From Chrysomallon squamiferum (Eukaryota > Animalia > Mollusca): a DNA stretch of 64,000 nucleotides. How positions within the stretch are numbered: position 1 is the stretch's first letter; every line of letters starts with the position of its first letter. The stretch covers positions 5,084,001 through 5,148,000 of the forward strand of contig CM022670.1 in the NCBI GenBank assembly GCA_012295275.1, in the 5' to 3' direction. Below are positions 1-13,836 of this stretch, in pieces. The notes under the pieces were generated by a model. It saw nothing but the letters and a program-made list of their open reading frames with translations, did no database searches and had not been told where the DNA came from. Made by a program: the position numbers and the translations under genes.

Positions 1-76
1 CGTACTGATAGATAGAAATAAACGTACTGATGGATAGAAATAAACGTACTGATAGACAGAAATAAACGTAATGATA
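1..76. repeat. 22-bp tandem minisatellite (CGTACTGATAGATAGAAATAAA), about 3.5 copies, probably continuing upstream of the window
   Basis: Units at 1-22, 23-44 and 45-66, plus a partial unit at 67-76, each with at most one substitution. Confidence 0.95.
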
Positions 77-2249
77 TTTCGCTACTGTAAACTTTACTAC
101 AGACATGTTAAGGCTTACTGAAGACAAATGAATCTTGATGAAATTCAAAGTATTTAATTGTTACTATGAGTATACAGCTGAACACTGTTAAGTATACTAA
201 CAGCTTATACTCACACAGAGCAACACACTCGTAACTACACGTCAGTAATATATCATTTATGAATATTCTTCAAAGAGAAAAAACGTTTCCTTTACGGTTT
301 ATGAAGCTGATTAAAACAAATATTATTCTTTTGCACTGTGGCATGATAACCTTTTTCTCGTTTTAATTTTGTTCTTTTGTTATTCTGTCATGACACAAAC
401 ACATGGTGGTCCGTACAAAACTACAAAACGTCCTATGTAACTGCAGTAAACTTCATTATAAATATATTTTTTTTGGATTGTTTGTTTCTTGTATCATCGT
501 GCTTTTATTACGGACATAAGAGAAGTTGTGAACAGACGTATTGCGAGAAGACATCGGTCATTAACTATCCCGTTTTATAGAGTCAGATGAATTTCTACAT
601 CGGCGATACGGAACATTATCTACATACGCATAACAAACCACTGCATGACTTGGCTTAAAATGCGTTCAAAATTTATTTCAGAGGACAGGAGTTTTCAGCT
701 TTTCACAAATGCTTTAGAAAATTAGTTAAGTGCTCTTCTGCCTTCTAAGGGTTAAATGCTCTGCCTCAAGACAGAGCTAAGATCTTAGATGCAGTGGTTG
801 CAGTATGCATTTCCAGTCTACACTGTTAAATGCTTTCTTTACGTGAACATAGATTTCGAGTGGAAAAAACAACAGTTAGATGCCTGTCGGATGTTTAAAT
901 TCTTGTATTTGTGTTGTAATTTAATTTTAACATTTTAACATGTTAGCAGTTTTAAAAGTTCTCGCGGTGACTGCATTAAAAATGATAAACTAAAATTTGT
1001 TTGAGTAAATCAGTCAATGTCTGTCGTTGTATTAGTTACATGTAGAAATACGCAAGCTCAAATCAAATAATAACCTTCATTTAAATTGGTTGAATATAAT
1101 TATACTAACAACTGCAAGGCGTGGACCTTTATTCCTTTATTTTTCAGGCAGCTGATATAAGTTATATTTTTTACCCTTGAAAACTCGAACGTTCCAAAAA
1201 CTGGTGATGGCTTTTAAACATTTGTTGTGAATGACGCAAGTCAGTTTCTCGCCTAATGGTAATCCACGCCATTAAATTAGAAATTGTAAAATGATACCAT
1301 TTCATACAAATTTCGGTATGCTTATTAACAAAGACGTTTTTTTTTTTTCTTTATTAAAAAAGAAAAACGACATATAAATATTTGCCGGTATTTTATTACC
1401 ATATGCACAATTTCTGTATTAAGTGCACACATTATTAACGTGAAAGGTGGAATCTCAGTGATTTAAAACACGGAGAGGTAAATTATATGCTTCGAGGCCG
1501 GCAGCGAATTGCAGTTATGTTAGGTCGACATCTCTATAAGCGGCGCAATTTATTATATTAACAATAAACATGTTGTTTAGGGCGTTGTCAGTGACAAACA
1601 AATTGTCCTTGCGCAGTGTAAAAATAAAAATGTGTTTTTTGAAAAGCTATAGTAAATACTGAATTTTTTACTGTTAAGGAAGAACAAAAATAAAAAATAA
1701 AAAATAAAATAAAACTAAAAATAAAATAAAAAACTAAAAATAAATAATAATAAAAAAATCAAATAAAGAAAGAAATGAAAGAATATGTCATTGTGTATTT
1801 AACAAACAAGTCAAATTTTAAAATTATTTCGTAAAACCATTATTAAGAGTAAAATAATATAATAAGTACAAAATTGATATCTAACAAGAAATATGAACAA
1901 AATGATTTATGCTCTCTTGCTATCAAGTGCACCTTTTGTTTGGTTAATAATTACACACCTAACCTATGTGTAGGAAAACACAAAACTTAAAAATACAACC
2001 AAAAACAAACTAAAAACAACAACAACAACATCATCAACAACAACAGCAACAACAACAAAAACACAACAAAACAGATAAACAAGCAACGACAAAGAAGAAG
2101 TAAAAAGAAAAGAAAAAAAAAAAAAAAAAAAAAAAACAACAAACAAAAAAAAAATAAAACAGTCCAAAAAAAAGAGAACATTTCGTTATCAAAACCCTTA
2201 ATCCATCTGAATTCTCATCACTGATCAGAAATATAATTTAACAACTTCA

Positions 2250-2306
<57 letters not shown>

Positions 2307-2526
2307 ATAATAAAAAATAAAACTACTACTACTGTTATAAATGATAATGATGATGGTAGTGGTTATAATAATAATAATAATAAAAATAATAAAACAAAAT
2401 TAATAAATATGCAAGAAAATGTTGGAAATATTATGACTTCGTAAAATACTACGAACATACGTAAACATTCTATCTTGTAAAAGTTGAGTACAGATGACAG
2501 TTATAAATTAGTAAAATATTTCAGAT

Positions 2527-2617
2527 CTAATAATTATGTTTGCAGACAAGATAATAAGGAAAAACGTAGACAATACAGCTGATAACAACTTACACCGACT
2601 TTGAACCCTGGTCAGAT
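2527..2617 (+). repeat. Dispersed ~90-bp repeat, copy 1
   Basis: CTAATAATT.TGT.TGCAGACAAGA.....AGGAAAAACGTAGACAATACAGC.GATAAC..ACTTAC...TGAAC....GGTCA is shared with 5977-6068. Confidence 0.9.
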
Positions 2618-3751
2618 AGTAACTGAATTATTTACAACGGTCGTTGTAGCTAACCGGCCTTTATGTAAAAAAACCCCAAAAGCAGAAAAAGTATTCTCAG
2701 TAAAAACTGTTACTGCATACTAAACCTTCAGCTGCAACTCAATAAAAGACTCGTTTCGATTAGTGACAAGCGATACGTTATATGCACTTTCCAAAACTTC
2801 AGCAGGCAGGAAAACTTAACGTTTTCGTCACATCAAAAGTGGTGCTGCTGTTTACACGGGGAGAGAGAACAAAAAGTATTATACACCAAAATATCGTGCG
2901 CTAACTAATGATCTGTCCAGCTATCACATCTTCTGTGAACCTCTTATATTTAAAATTCAAAAGCATTTTTTTGCACGATCCGTAACGGAATTAGTTAAAT
3001 TGTGCAAAAAAAAAAAAAAAAAAAGTTTTTAATTTATTTATTTAGGTTTAAAAATTTGCTGTAACATAGACTAAGTGTTCAGGAAGGTAAACATAGGTGA
3101 GTTGCCCACGAGACAAACGTGTAATGTGGATGGTTCCACATGTTGAAAGTAAAAGCAAATCACAACCTAACAACCATTAAGTCATAGCGCGCCGAGAAAT
3201 AATCACCTTTATATAAACATATTTCATTTGTTACTGCTTTTATAAACCTTTTTTTTTATTTTTATTATTTTTTTTATTATTCGTCACCGTCGTTGACTTC
3301 TTTTTCACTGCGACAAAGCTACGAGAATACGCGGATATGTTTCCTAAAACCGTGAGTTGTTTTTGTTATCGGTGGTTTTTTGTTTTGTTTTGTTTTGTTT
3401 TGTTACCAGCCCGCCATTGCTTCAAAGTTACCCGCTTCGAATGTCGTCTGCTGGTTTTCTCGGATTTAAACTCTGTGGTGGTCTACGAGCGCGTTTGTTA
3501 CCAGATAGCCTTTATGTCGGCCCCATTATCATAAAATGCATGTTACGGGTTTGTACGTTTTGACAAAACCGTGCTGCCAACCAGGTTGAAACTTGTTATT
3601 TTTAAAATCACAAAGAGACTTGGAAATTCCGATTACAGCCATGCGTTCAGAAATTCGTAACATTATATATTTTTTTTTCTTTCTTCAGCTAATCAAGACT
3701 AAACAATAAAGAATAAATAAATAAATAAATATAGAAAACAGAAGGGAATAG

Positions 3752-3754
<3 letters not shown>

Positions 3755-3825
<71 letters not shown>

Positions 3826-3826
3826 C
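3755..3826. repeat. (AG)n microsatellite
   Basis: Direct reading. Confidence 0.97.
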
Positions 3827-4038
3827 AGCTGCAATATAAATATAAAATTTTAAAGCAATTGATTTAAAACGAAAATAAATATAAATAATCAAATAATCAA
3901 AAATAAAACACAAAAAGAAAAACAGCATTCCTGAAATGTTGTCCAATTTAAAAAAATAAAAAAAATAAAAAAAATTAAACGAACAAAGCTTTGAAAAATA
4001 AGCAAATGGTAAACAACTTCAATCGATTTGTGTGTCTT

Positions 4039-4054
4039 GGTGCTACCTAGTGGT
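4039..4054 (-). promoter_or_regulatory. CTCF-like motif (minus strand CCACTAGGTAGCACC)
   Basis: Close match to the CTCF core CCASYAGRKGGCRS with one core mismatch. Motif evidence only. Confidence 0.3.
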
Positions 4055-5574
4055 GTTCTCTCAGGAAAAACATTATTATTTTTATAACGCAGCTACTGGA
4101 ACTTAAACCTTCTGGGGCCAGCGAACCATTGTCTCGGCAAACAGAGACCGTGCTTAGCACCTACCCGCGGCTGCGAAGAGGTGAACACATACAACTGTGA
4201 TGTCCATTCTTTGAAAATAATTCCAAGCATGTGAGGCGCTTGTGTTTCTTTTTTTTCTCTCTCTCTCTGGTGTACAGAAAAAGACACGAGAGCGGGTTTC
4301 CAAACGCTGCAGTAGTTAAATATGACTTAATACGAACATACGAAATATGCGCCGCATTCAACAACGTTCACTGCTGTGTTGAGTAGCCTGGCAAGGAAGA
4401 CAGTTTGTGTTAGGACGAAAACACACCTCGAAATGTTTTCGTAAATCCTCCGTCTTTTGAATTCTACTTAGCCCGTGTCTGTTGTGGTATTTCTCGATTT
4501 CACGATGCATTTTCGTTTTTTTTCAAACGAAATGTTTCAGAAAATTCGAATGCCCAAACACACAGAGCTGTTAATTAAGTTTTAAAACCAAGGGAACACG
4601 AAAAGTTCACATGATGGTTTTTTGAATTTTGTTTTGAATTTTTTATTTTTATTTTTATTTTTTACAAATGTATTACCAATTCAGAATATAAAGGGAGAAA
4701 AATCTTCATTCAGTGATGAGTCTTATGAGTAATTTCTGTGACCTTGCCATGTTCAAAACAACGTCAGCAGGGGATGTTGTTACCCAGACTACCACGGTTC
4801 TATTTCATCGTAACCTAGTGACCCATGTACATGCGCAAAACATAAATTACTGAAGAGATTTATGGGAAATCACATAATTATATAGAGAACTACATTTATC
4901 TGCCAATCTTGACAAGTGTGTTTCACTGTGATGTATCTATAAGGCTGTGCTCGCCTGGGTGAACGACATGAGACAAATATCAGTGGAAGAAGAGAAAAGA
5001 AATAAATATAATGTTTGCATGTAAAAACTCGCAGTACGCCATATTTTTTTTTATTTTTTTTATTTTTTTTAAACCCTTTACATGAACTGGTTTTTAGAAG
5101 ATATCTTAAGAGAAGTGGAACTATAATTTGAATCATTCACTTTTAACAACAGTAATAACAGAAAATGATGATAATGATGATGATGATAATAATAATAATA
5201 ATAAAAATAATTTAAAAATATAAATACCTTATTTCAGTTATTATTATTATTATTAGTATGTTGTTTTTGTAACGGTTGTTAACAATAAATTAATGAATGG
5301 TTAATAACAAGCAAAAAATATAGTTTATTTTACCAGTTATTAGGGTTCAGCCCTACAATTTCCTTGCATTATGATCAAATTCTCTGCATTCGAGAATACA
5401 GTCGGAGAGCTCTGGCTGGAAGGGGACAATGGTCATAATATGCAGTGAATATGGTTAATTACCAAGTATAAAATAAAGGAAGAATGAATTCATTCATCCT
5501 TAGTGCGCTCGCTCCCAAATACCTCCCCCTCTGGCATGTATTTATTTACATCAGATTTTTAGGTGATATTCTGG

Positions 5575-5679
5575 ACAAGCTTACCCACTGCATGCTCTCT
5601 TATTACTTAGCAGCGAGCAATCTTTTACTGTGAGCACCTATCTCTAGACACCAGCAAATACTAAGATAAATATACTGGC
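5575..5679 (-). mobile_element. Decayed SINE core fragment (Meta/MESC-like)
   Basis: Minus strand GGTGCTCACAGTAAAAGATTGCTCGCTGCTAAGTAATAAGAGAGCATGCAGTGG resembles the core at ~32050-32100 (GGTGCATGTAAAAGATATTTTATTGCTAACAGAAAAAGAGTAGC). Confidence 0.5.
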
Positions 5680-5682
5680 CTG

Positions 5683-5734
<52 letters not shown>

Positions 5735-5976
5735 CACAGAAAATAATTGAATGGATATTAAATTGGTTTTACAGAAGTTCTGTCTCAGAGTTGCATCTCG
5801 TTTCATGAACGAAAGAAACTAAAAACTATAAATGTACTTGATTAATAAAACAAACGACAAGAAGAAGTATTTGTCTTTTTGTAATTTTTAACATATTAAT
5901 AAAGTAAATAAAATTATAGCAAGCAGCTTCTTAATAATCATACCATGTGCATATGTGAACATTCTGTCACGTAAAA

Positions 5977-6068
5977 CTAATAATTCTGTCTGCAGACAAG
6001 ACAGAAAGGAAAAACGTAGACAATACAGCAGATAACCTACTTACTGCGCCCATGAACTCCGGTCAAAT
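5977..6068 (+). repeat. Dispersed ~90-bp repeat, copy 2
   Basis: Aligns by eye with 2527-2617, including a 23-nt identical core, AGGAAAAACGTAGACAATACAGC. Confidence 0.9.
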
Positions 6069-6719
6069 GATTTGCAGCCCACTCAAAGAAATAAATTTTA
6101 GGTTTTGCATATTAATGAAGTAATTAAAAACGAGCAGCTCAAGAATTCATAAAATAAAGTTCTTCTCTACCCTCTTTAGAAAGATAACGTGTCACTTACA
6201 TAAAATAAAAAATAAAAAAGAGCAATTCAAAAGAAGGTATTTATTTGTTACAGACTGCTGTAAGGAAAAAAATGTCAGATATTAATAAACTAAACACGTG
6301 TTAGAAATTCAAAAGAGGGTGTTACAGTGGTTGAGATCAAATCATTATTTAAAGCGTCTGTGGGGAATCTAAAAAACATCGTGTATTCAGTGAGAAATCT
6401 GATGACGTAATTTATACGCCGTTTACGGAGTAGGATGACACTATGCGGTGAGGATATCTAAAGTTTATTATCAGTTAGCATCTTAAAGATATGAATAACG
6501 AAACAGCAGGATTAGCCTAATAAATAAAACTTCAAGATTTTTCTCTTCTCTATTTTTTACTGTTTTTGGATTCAGATGATGAATTAGAAATCACAGCAGG
6601 TATGTTTGTTTGTAAAGAAAGCCTGTTGCATTAAGGAACTGTATGTAGAACTAACACTAGCTAAACAATTTAAAAAAAAAAAAAAAAAAAATCTTTTTCT
6701 AGTCAACTATTTTTTAAAG

Positions 6720-6835
6720 AGCTGATGTACGACTTGATGGATTAGGCCCAGTAGGAAATGGATATCGCAGGATCGAATCTATTTGTTGAGTCTATAATGT
6801 TCTTCCTGTTCTTTCTATTGCCCCATTTCAGAGCA
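6720..6835 (+). mobile_element. Possible decayed tRNA-derived SINE head
   Basis: B-box-like CAGGATCGAATCT near 6768 with a degenerate A-box upstream; weak similarity to the other copies. Confidence 0.3.
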
Positions 6836-7572
6836 TAAAAAAATTCGATTCACCATGTCAGCATTTGGTTTTTTTTTTTTGTTTTTTTTTTTCAAATAAA
6901 ACGTTCTTTAAACTGTTCTCAACAATTAAGACGACATTTTAACTTTTTTAATTTTTCATAAATACTTCGTCTTAAATCTTCCAGACGTCGAAGGTGAATT
7001 TTCAAAAAGATGATTTACAAATATCATCGCTGAGATATGTTAAGAATGCTTCACCTTTATCGGCGCTAGGGAAATCAATTCATCAAAGATTATAGAAACA
7101 TTACTGAAGACTATTTCCATACGAAATGAGCACTGTTAGCCGCGATAAGCAGTGACGCTGGTAAATAAACGCACACTTGTTGATAGCAGACACAAGAAGA
7201 CAACCTCCACTAACTGAATTATCTTCCAACAAAGATGTTTGCTCATTAAAATTATCTATTTCGATCCTTCACCGCTAAGTTATCTTCGAGTTATCAAATA
7301 GTTGCCCTTTCAGCCAGGGAGAGAAAGTAAGGATCCGCACACAGCGTCGATAAGATCGGTCCGTGTCCCGTCTCCGGCCCGATTTCGCCGTCTAATGGTG
7401 CATGTAATGCGCAAATTGTGCAGACATAACAGAACCGACCTGAACCTCGGTTGAATTTAATGGTTCAGCGGTAAGCGCTGTGGAATTTGAAATATTTATC
7501 CTTAATTAAAGTATCGAGTTTAAAATAGAATAAATGAGCGTTCCAGTTTCTGTATGGTTGGGTATATACTGT

Positions 7573-7611
7573 ATATGTATGTATATACGTATGTGTGTGT
7601 GTGCGTATGAG

Positions 7612-7643
<32 letters not shown>

Positions 7644-8030
7644 TGTATGTATGTACGTATGTGTGTATGTGTGTATATGTGTATGTATGTATGTATGTAT
7701 GTATGTATGTATGTATGTATGTATGTATGTATGGATGTATGTATGGTATTATGTATGTATGTATGTATATACGTATGTATGTATGTGTGTATGTATGTAT
7801 GTATGTATGTATGTATATACGTATGTGTGTATGTGTGTATGTATGTATGTATATACGTATGTGTGTATGTATGTATATACGTATGTGTGTATGTATGTAT
7901 ATACGTATGTGTGTATGTGTGTATGTATGGATGTATGTATGTATGTATGCATGAATGCATATATGTATGGATGGATGGATGGATGGATGGATGTACGCGT
8001 GCATATATGTATGTATATATGTATATATAA
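7573..8030. repeat. Compound (ATGT)n/(ATGG)n microsatellite with an internal 24-bp higher-order unit ATATACGTATGTGTGTATGTATGT
   Basis: Direct reading; it explains all overlapping YVCM/HTYI ORFs. Confidence 0.97.
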
Positions 8031-8954
8031 GCAAACATGCATACATATGTTTATCTTAAAATACTTACATGAACATATGCATACTTGTATATGTGTATAT
8101 TTATGTATATTAAAATTACATATATTAATACATTAATCACACACACACTCACACACACAAACACACACGCACACACTCACACACACATATTTACGTCTGT
8201 TTTCTGTTTACATCCAAACAAATTACAGACATCTTGTTATCGTTTTAAGACAACAATCTCGAAAGCTTCAGCTTGAATATTTTAATGTGAAATAACATCA
8301 CCCAAAGCCACAAACATTCCTAATATTTTATCCACAGGGCAATAGTTAAAATGAAGAAAGAGAAGAAAAAAGTAGCCAACACTAGCAATCTCAAATACCT
8401 GATCTGGTAACAAATAGAGAAACCCATTAATGTCTAAGTTTATCAAATCATAAGATTTATATCGGCATGAATTAGTGTTTTGAAGTTAAAGAAATGACAT
8501 AAAAAATCATATTTCAGAATCAGCTTTGTTTGAATTAGACTATTGCAGTTAAAAAAATTACGAGATACAATCATATGTGTTGATCATTCTTAAATATTTT
8601 TAAAATCTCTTTCTTAGTTTTTGAAGTTATGGAAGTATCTTTTAAAACACGTTTGGATTACAGATTAATCTTCTTTAGGTTTAAAATAAAACATGTAAAA
8701 AAAAAAAAAAAAAAAATAACAACAATAATAATAATAATTAATGTTTCGAAATAATGTTCGCATGCAATACTGTTTAAAACATTTCGGAATCATTTTTGCC
8801 CTGAATGGTTTGAAGTTTAACTAACGACTCAGATGTGCATTTATTAATTTTTTAATTTGATAATAAACATTTCGTATTTCTAACGTGGACAAGTGGAAAT
8901 CTATTAAGTTTTTGGATTACTAATAATGTTGTTTTTTTTTTTTTTTTTTTTTTT

Positions 8955-9112
8955 TTTATATCCATTTTCTCTTGACAGAAAGAAAAGTACACACATTGGA
9001 TTTAATTACTCCAATCGCTGGAGACTGGTTGTATCAAAACAAAATGAAAATTAATCCTGAAAACCATCATGCCCCAGGAGAGTGTTCTAACCATTAAGCT
9101 ATGGTTAGCGGT
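8955..9112 (-). mobile_element. Decayed tRNA-derived SINE, 5' half
   Basis: Minus strand starts with a tRNA-like head (TAGCTTAATGGTTAGAACAC, A-box) followed by a degenerate B-box (CAGGATTAAT) and AACCAGTCTCCAGCGATTGG, which parallels AACCAGTGCCCCGTGACAGG at ~55667. Confidence 0.6.
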
Positions 9113-9468
9113 TTAGCCCTAAACAGACAGAGAAGTAATATTCAGTAGTAATAATGATAATAATTTAGCACTTGAATCCTTGTTTAATAAAACCTCTGTG
9201 TGTTTCTCTTGAAGACCGTGGAATTTGCAAGTCACTGTGTATTCTGATCACTGTTGTCTAAACCACACTGATACCATCCGAGCTTTTCGCTTGTATTACA
9301 CCAACTGCTGATCTGTAAAACGTCATTGGTAGATTGTTATTAGCTAGGTTAAATGTATTGATGATTTAAATAATTTGTTATTATGTGGTTAATATTTGTT
9401 TAATTATTTATTCAAACATTCTACCCCATCCAGCGATCCATCCATTCATTCTTCCACTTAGTTCTTAA

Positions 9469-9567
9469 TATCTCTCTCCCTCTCTCTTTCTCTTTCCCTC
9501 TCTCCCTCTCTCTCTCTCTTTCCCTCTCTCTCTCCCTCTCTCTTTCTCTTTCTCTCTCTCTCTCTCT
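9469..9567. repeat. Imperfect (CT)n polypyrimidine tract
   Basis: Direct reading. Confidence 0.92.
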
Positions 9568-11554
9568 CCCCTTCTTATTGTCTTACTCTCACCCTTCTTC
9601 ATTACAAAGATGATACAATCACAGAGTCTCCTCATTCAATTAGAAGACAGGTAGCATGAAGAAGAGCGTTTACTGTTTCTGTCAATTGTCCTTCACGAGT
9701 AATCCCCTGAGAGATTACGTTATCAACGTACATGTGACAGTATCTATCAGCAAGGGTTAACTTCTTACGTCCTCCGTCTATTTCAAGCCTCGAGTAAAAC
9801 GTTTCGTATTTCATTACTTCCCTTGATCATTCACTGACATTATTACGCTTCAGACGGACCATTCGACTCTCTGCCAGTCGAGCATGCAGCCATCTTCCAT
9901 GACGTAATTAGCGATTCGGGTTGATGGCGGTGGATTGGAGCAACAATACGAGAGGACCAGGGATAATGAACTGTAATAAATTGTAAGAAAAACGATTGTA
10001 AGAAGTCTGTGTACGGGGCAACTGGTACGTAAAGATTACAGGTATTTAGAGAATCCCTAACCTGTAACATAACTGACGTCGTCAAGGCGGGCGGCCACTG
10101 TGCATGATTCGTCAGCATGATTTTATCTGCCACAGATTTGATTTGTGTTGAACACACACGCACTCTGCTCGTGTGTGGATTATTTAACAAATGGATCGGT
10201 TACATTCGCCAAAGCCAGACATAAAGTACAGAAGTCAAACATTAATTAATTAACTAATTTTCTGTCTTCATTTTAGTAATTATGCGAAAATATTCCAATG
10301 AATAATTTTTTTTTTTATTTTTTATTGTCTGTACACATTTCGATTATCTTGGAGCGATTTGTTTTTACATGCAGCTCAGTACATAACATACATTTTTTTT
10401 TAGATTTCGGAGGTTGTTTATTGGAATCAGCAGTTTATCAGGCTTTGTCATGACAAGTCGACGTCATTTCTCAAAGATTTAAGAATTTGAAATAATAATA
10501 ATTAAAAAGAAGAAAAAAAAAAAAAAAGGAAAAGGGGAGGGGGAGAAGAAGAAGGAGAAAAGCAACAACAGTAATTATAATAATTATTTATAATAATAAC
10601 AATAACATAATAAACAATGAAAGAAAATAGCAAATTTAATGGACTAAAGAAATGATATTAAATGATTATAGTTTAAAATTAGATAACATTATTGTTTGCA
10701 GAATTTTGGTGATGATCGATCTAAAGCCAGTTTTAACCAAACACTCTCTAGCAAACAAAATTCATTGTTATAGTTGAAGGTCACCATCAGTAAATTAAAA
10801 TGAAATAAAATAAAAACAAGAAAAACAAGAAAAACAAAAAAAAAAAGCGACCACCAATTTCATGCTTACATCACAACAGTAACCATTAAAATTTCTGAAC
10901 ACCACAACAACCGATAGAACATCAACAACAACAACTACTACTACTACATCCATCAACAACTAATGCTACAAAAGAAACATTAACAACACCTACTCGTGAT
11001 AATTCTATTACAAGCAATTTAAGCCGTATATTCGATTTCCGACGTCAAGAATTGGCGCTCGTTACAACTCGTGGAGTATCTACTTGTTTTTCAGTATCGC
11101 CACGATCCGACTTGAACCTGTTTCTCTTGGTATAATAATGTCAATAAGATCAAATCTTCTCATTAGAGGGTATTAAAACAGTCAGAACATTCTAATAACT
11201 TGCTGCAAATCACCATTGCCTTGGCCTCTTACTACAGAATACAGAATAAGCCAAACACATTTGACTAGTTAACGCTCCATCGGCTTAGTTCGTTATTGTA
11301 CGTGAAGTCCGTGACAAAAAAAAAAAAAAAATAAATAAAAAATTCGTCAAGAGATGTTATCTGTCGTAAATACGCAAGCTAAGAAAACTTGTAGTGTGAA
11401 TGTTACTGTATAAGTGTTTTGTTGTTAATTAATGAAAATATTACATCACTGGTGTTGATATATCCACACAGAGAGGTAACTGACCTGTCTATGAAAGAAA
11501 TGTTTAGGTAATGCCGGACTGATTTAAAAAATTTTTGTTGTTGTTTTGCAAATA

Positions 11555-11556
<2 letters not shown>

Positions 11557-11617
<61 letters not shown>

Positions 11618-11700
11618 TGATGATGATGATGATAGTAATCATGATGATGTTGAATGGATGATGATAATATAATGATGATGATAATGATAATGATGATGGT
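11557..11700. repeat. (AAT)n/(GAT)n microsatellite
   Basis: Direct reading. Confidence 0.95.
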
Positions 11701-12021
11701 GGTGGTAGTAATAGCAATAAGACTGAGAGAAGAATGACTTTACTATATTGCAAGTCGATTTTATCAGTTTCCTGAAAACAATTTTTAAAATGAATTCTTA
11801 AAGTACGTGTATCTTATTGCTTGTTATCAGACATAATGCTTTAAACTGCTTGAATAATACTTCAAATACATAGTGAATAATAATGGAAACTTGTATTTTG
11901 CAAAACGGTATAAAATAAATAAAATCATAATACAAAAGCGCTATGTATTTTCACTGAATCTATATTATTCGAAAGGCAATATAATTCATATTAAATATGC
12001 AAAAATTAAAAATAAATAAAT

Positions 12022-12023
<2 letters not shown>

Positions 12024-12113
<90 letters not shown>

Positions 12114-12120
12114 AGAGAAG
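12024..12120. repeat. (AG)n microsatellite
   Basis: Direct reading. Confidence 0.97.
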
Positions 12121-12683
12121 AAGAAGTACAAAGAGAATCTGGCGTATGACGTTATTCTATCTGGCTTTTAACCAAAAACCAAGAACACCCACAACAAAAG
12201 GAACCAGTCCGCGACGTGCCTCTACGCCAGATCACAAAACAGACCGTTTAATTGACTTTTGATCGTAGTGTTACAGGTAATCAAACAGTGACAAGATCCA
12301 ATGACAGCCTGTACAATGGTGGGCAGTGCGGCCTATTCATGCTCACGGACTGGAAAAGCTAACAGTTGTAAAGTTGCTAATGTTGTCTTAAGTTACTTGT
12401 CCACACACACGGTTAGATAATCCGCGACCTGACTCCGGGACCTCTGTGTCCACTGTAATGTCCAGTGTTTGATGTTTTATCACCGGCCGAGTAATGAGTG
12501 TCCGTGCGTACCACCGCCATGAATACACAACAGTAAATTAAAACGGCCCCATTCATTAGTGATAAATCATTTAGAGGTGGTCTCGTGTGATATCTTTTAT
12601 TCATGCTCTCTGCCAGTTTTGTCTTTAGTTCCTTTCTCTCACACTCTCTCTTCCCAGCCATTATCTTTCACTTTTGTCCATTT

Positions 12684-12793
<110 letters not shown>

Positions 12794-13146
12794 TTAGGTT
12801 ACGTGATCAAATACTGATTGGATGTTTATTTTTATTTCACTTCAGTAGATTAAATGTTTATAATTATAGTTCTATATAATTAATTATCTATGACTTTAGC
12901 TAAGATAAGTTTTAAATTCGTGCAGTGATCTTGATCTCCTATGCTATTTTTCCATTTTAAGGGAGATTTGAAATTTTAATAAACTCCGATCACAGTATTT
13001 TGTTTTAGTGAAGCTTGAAAAAACAAATTTGCCATTCGTCCGTTATGTTTCAAGTTGTCATCCTAAATATCATATTATTGGGTGTTTTATTTTTCCCATC
13101 CTCTTTCCAGTGATGCAGAAATCCTTTTTTCTTTGTCACATACCTT

Positions 13147-13185
<39 letters not shown>

Positions 13186-13709
13186 CTGTGTGTGTGTCTA
13201 TCTGTCAATCTGTCTCTCTGTCATATTTTTCTCTGTCGTTTATTCGTTAGTTTTCCAAGACTAACACATTTTGTAACAGAGACAAACATTTTATTAACGC
13301 ACCACCAAGACACGAACCCAGAATTTTTCGGTTCTTTTGATCTGCTGGATGGACAACATCTACAACAAGACTGGCTGTGTTTAACTCGCTGAATCATTTC
13401 GCACTGTCAGCCTTGAAAAACAAAAGTGTCATCGGTGGGTCAGATAGATAGACCAGACGTTTTGACCGAGTTTTTGAAAAAGTGGCTTGTTTTTACCAAA
13501 CAAAACACTAAAATGTCATAGTCTGAAGTCGTTTGTTTGTAGACTTAGATCATCAAAGGTAATCTAAAAAGTTAAGAGCATTTCTGAAGATTAAGGATAA
13601 TACCCGAAAACGCTTTTACTAAAAAGGTTTTTTTATTTTTTTTTGGATACATTTTACAGTTACTTCAAGTGACAAGTGATTATATATTGGTATGTACGAA
13701 AGATATAGA

Positions 13710-13836
<127 letters not shown>

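Noticed and set aside
1-76. CRISPR-like or iteron-like repeats
   Set aside because: Head-to-tail units with no unique spacers in a eukaryotic context; a simple minisatellite.
7465-8136. Longest ORFs (up to 200 aa, YVCM/HTYI-rich)
   Set aside because: They are translations of (ATGT)n in several frames; the same holds for the poly-ER, SL, I, N, K and YLSI ORFs elsewhere.
9843-10190. 115-aa non-repetitive minus-strand ORF
   Set aside because: Non-ATG start, no recognisable domain and no convincing splice boundaries; the length is compatible with chance.
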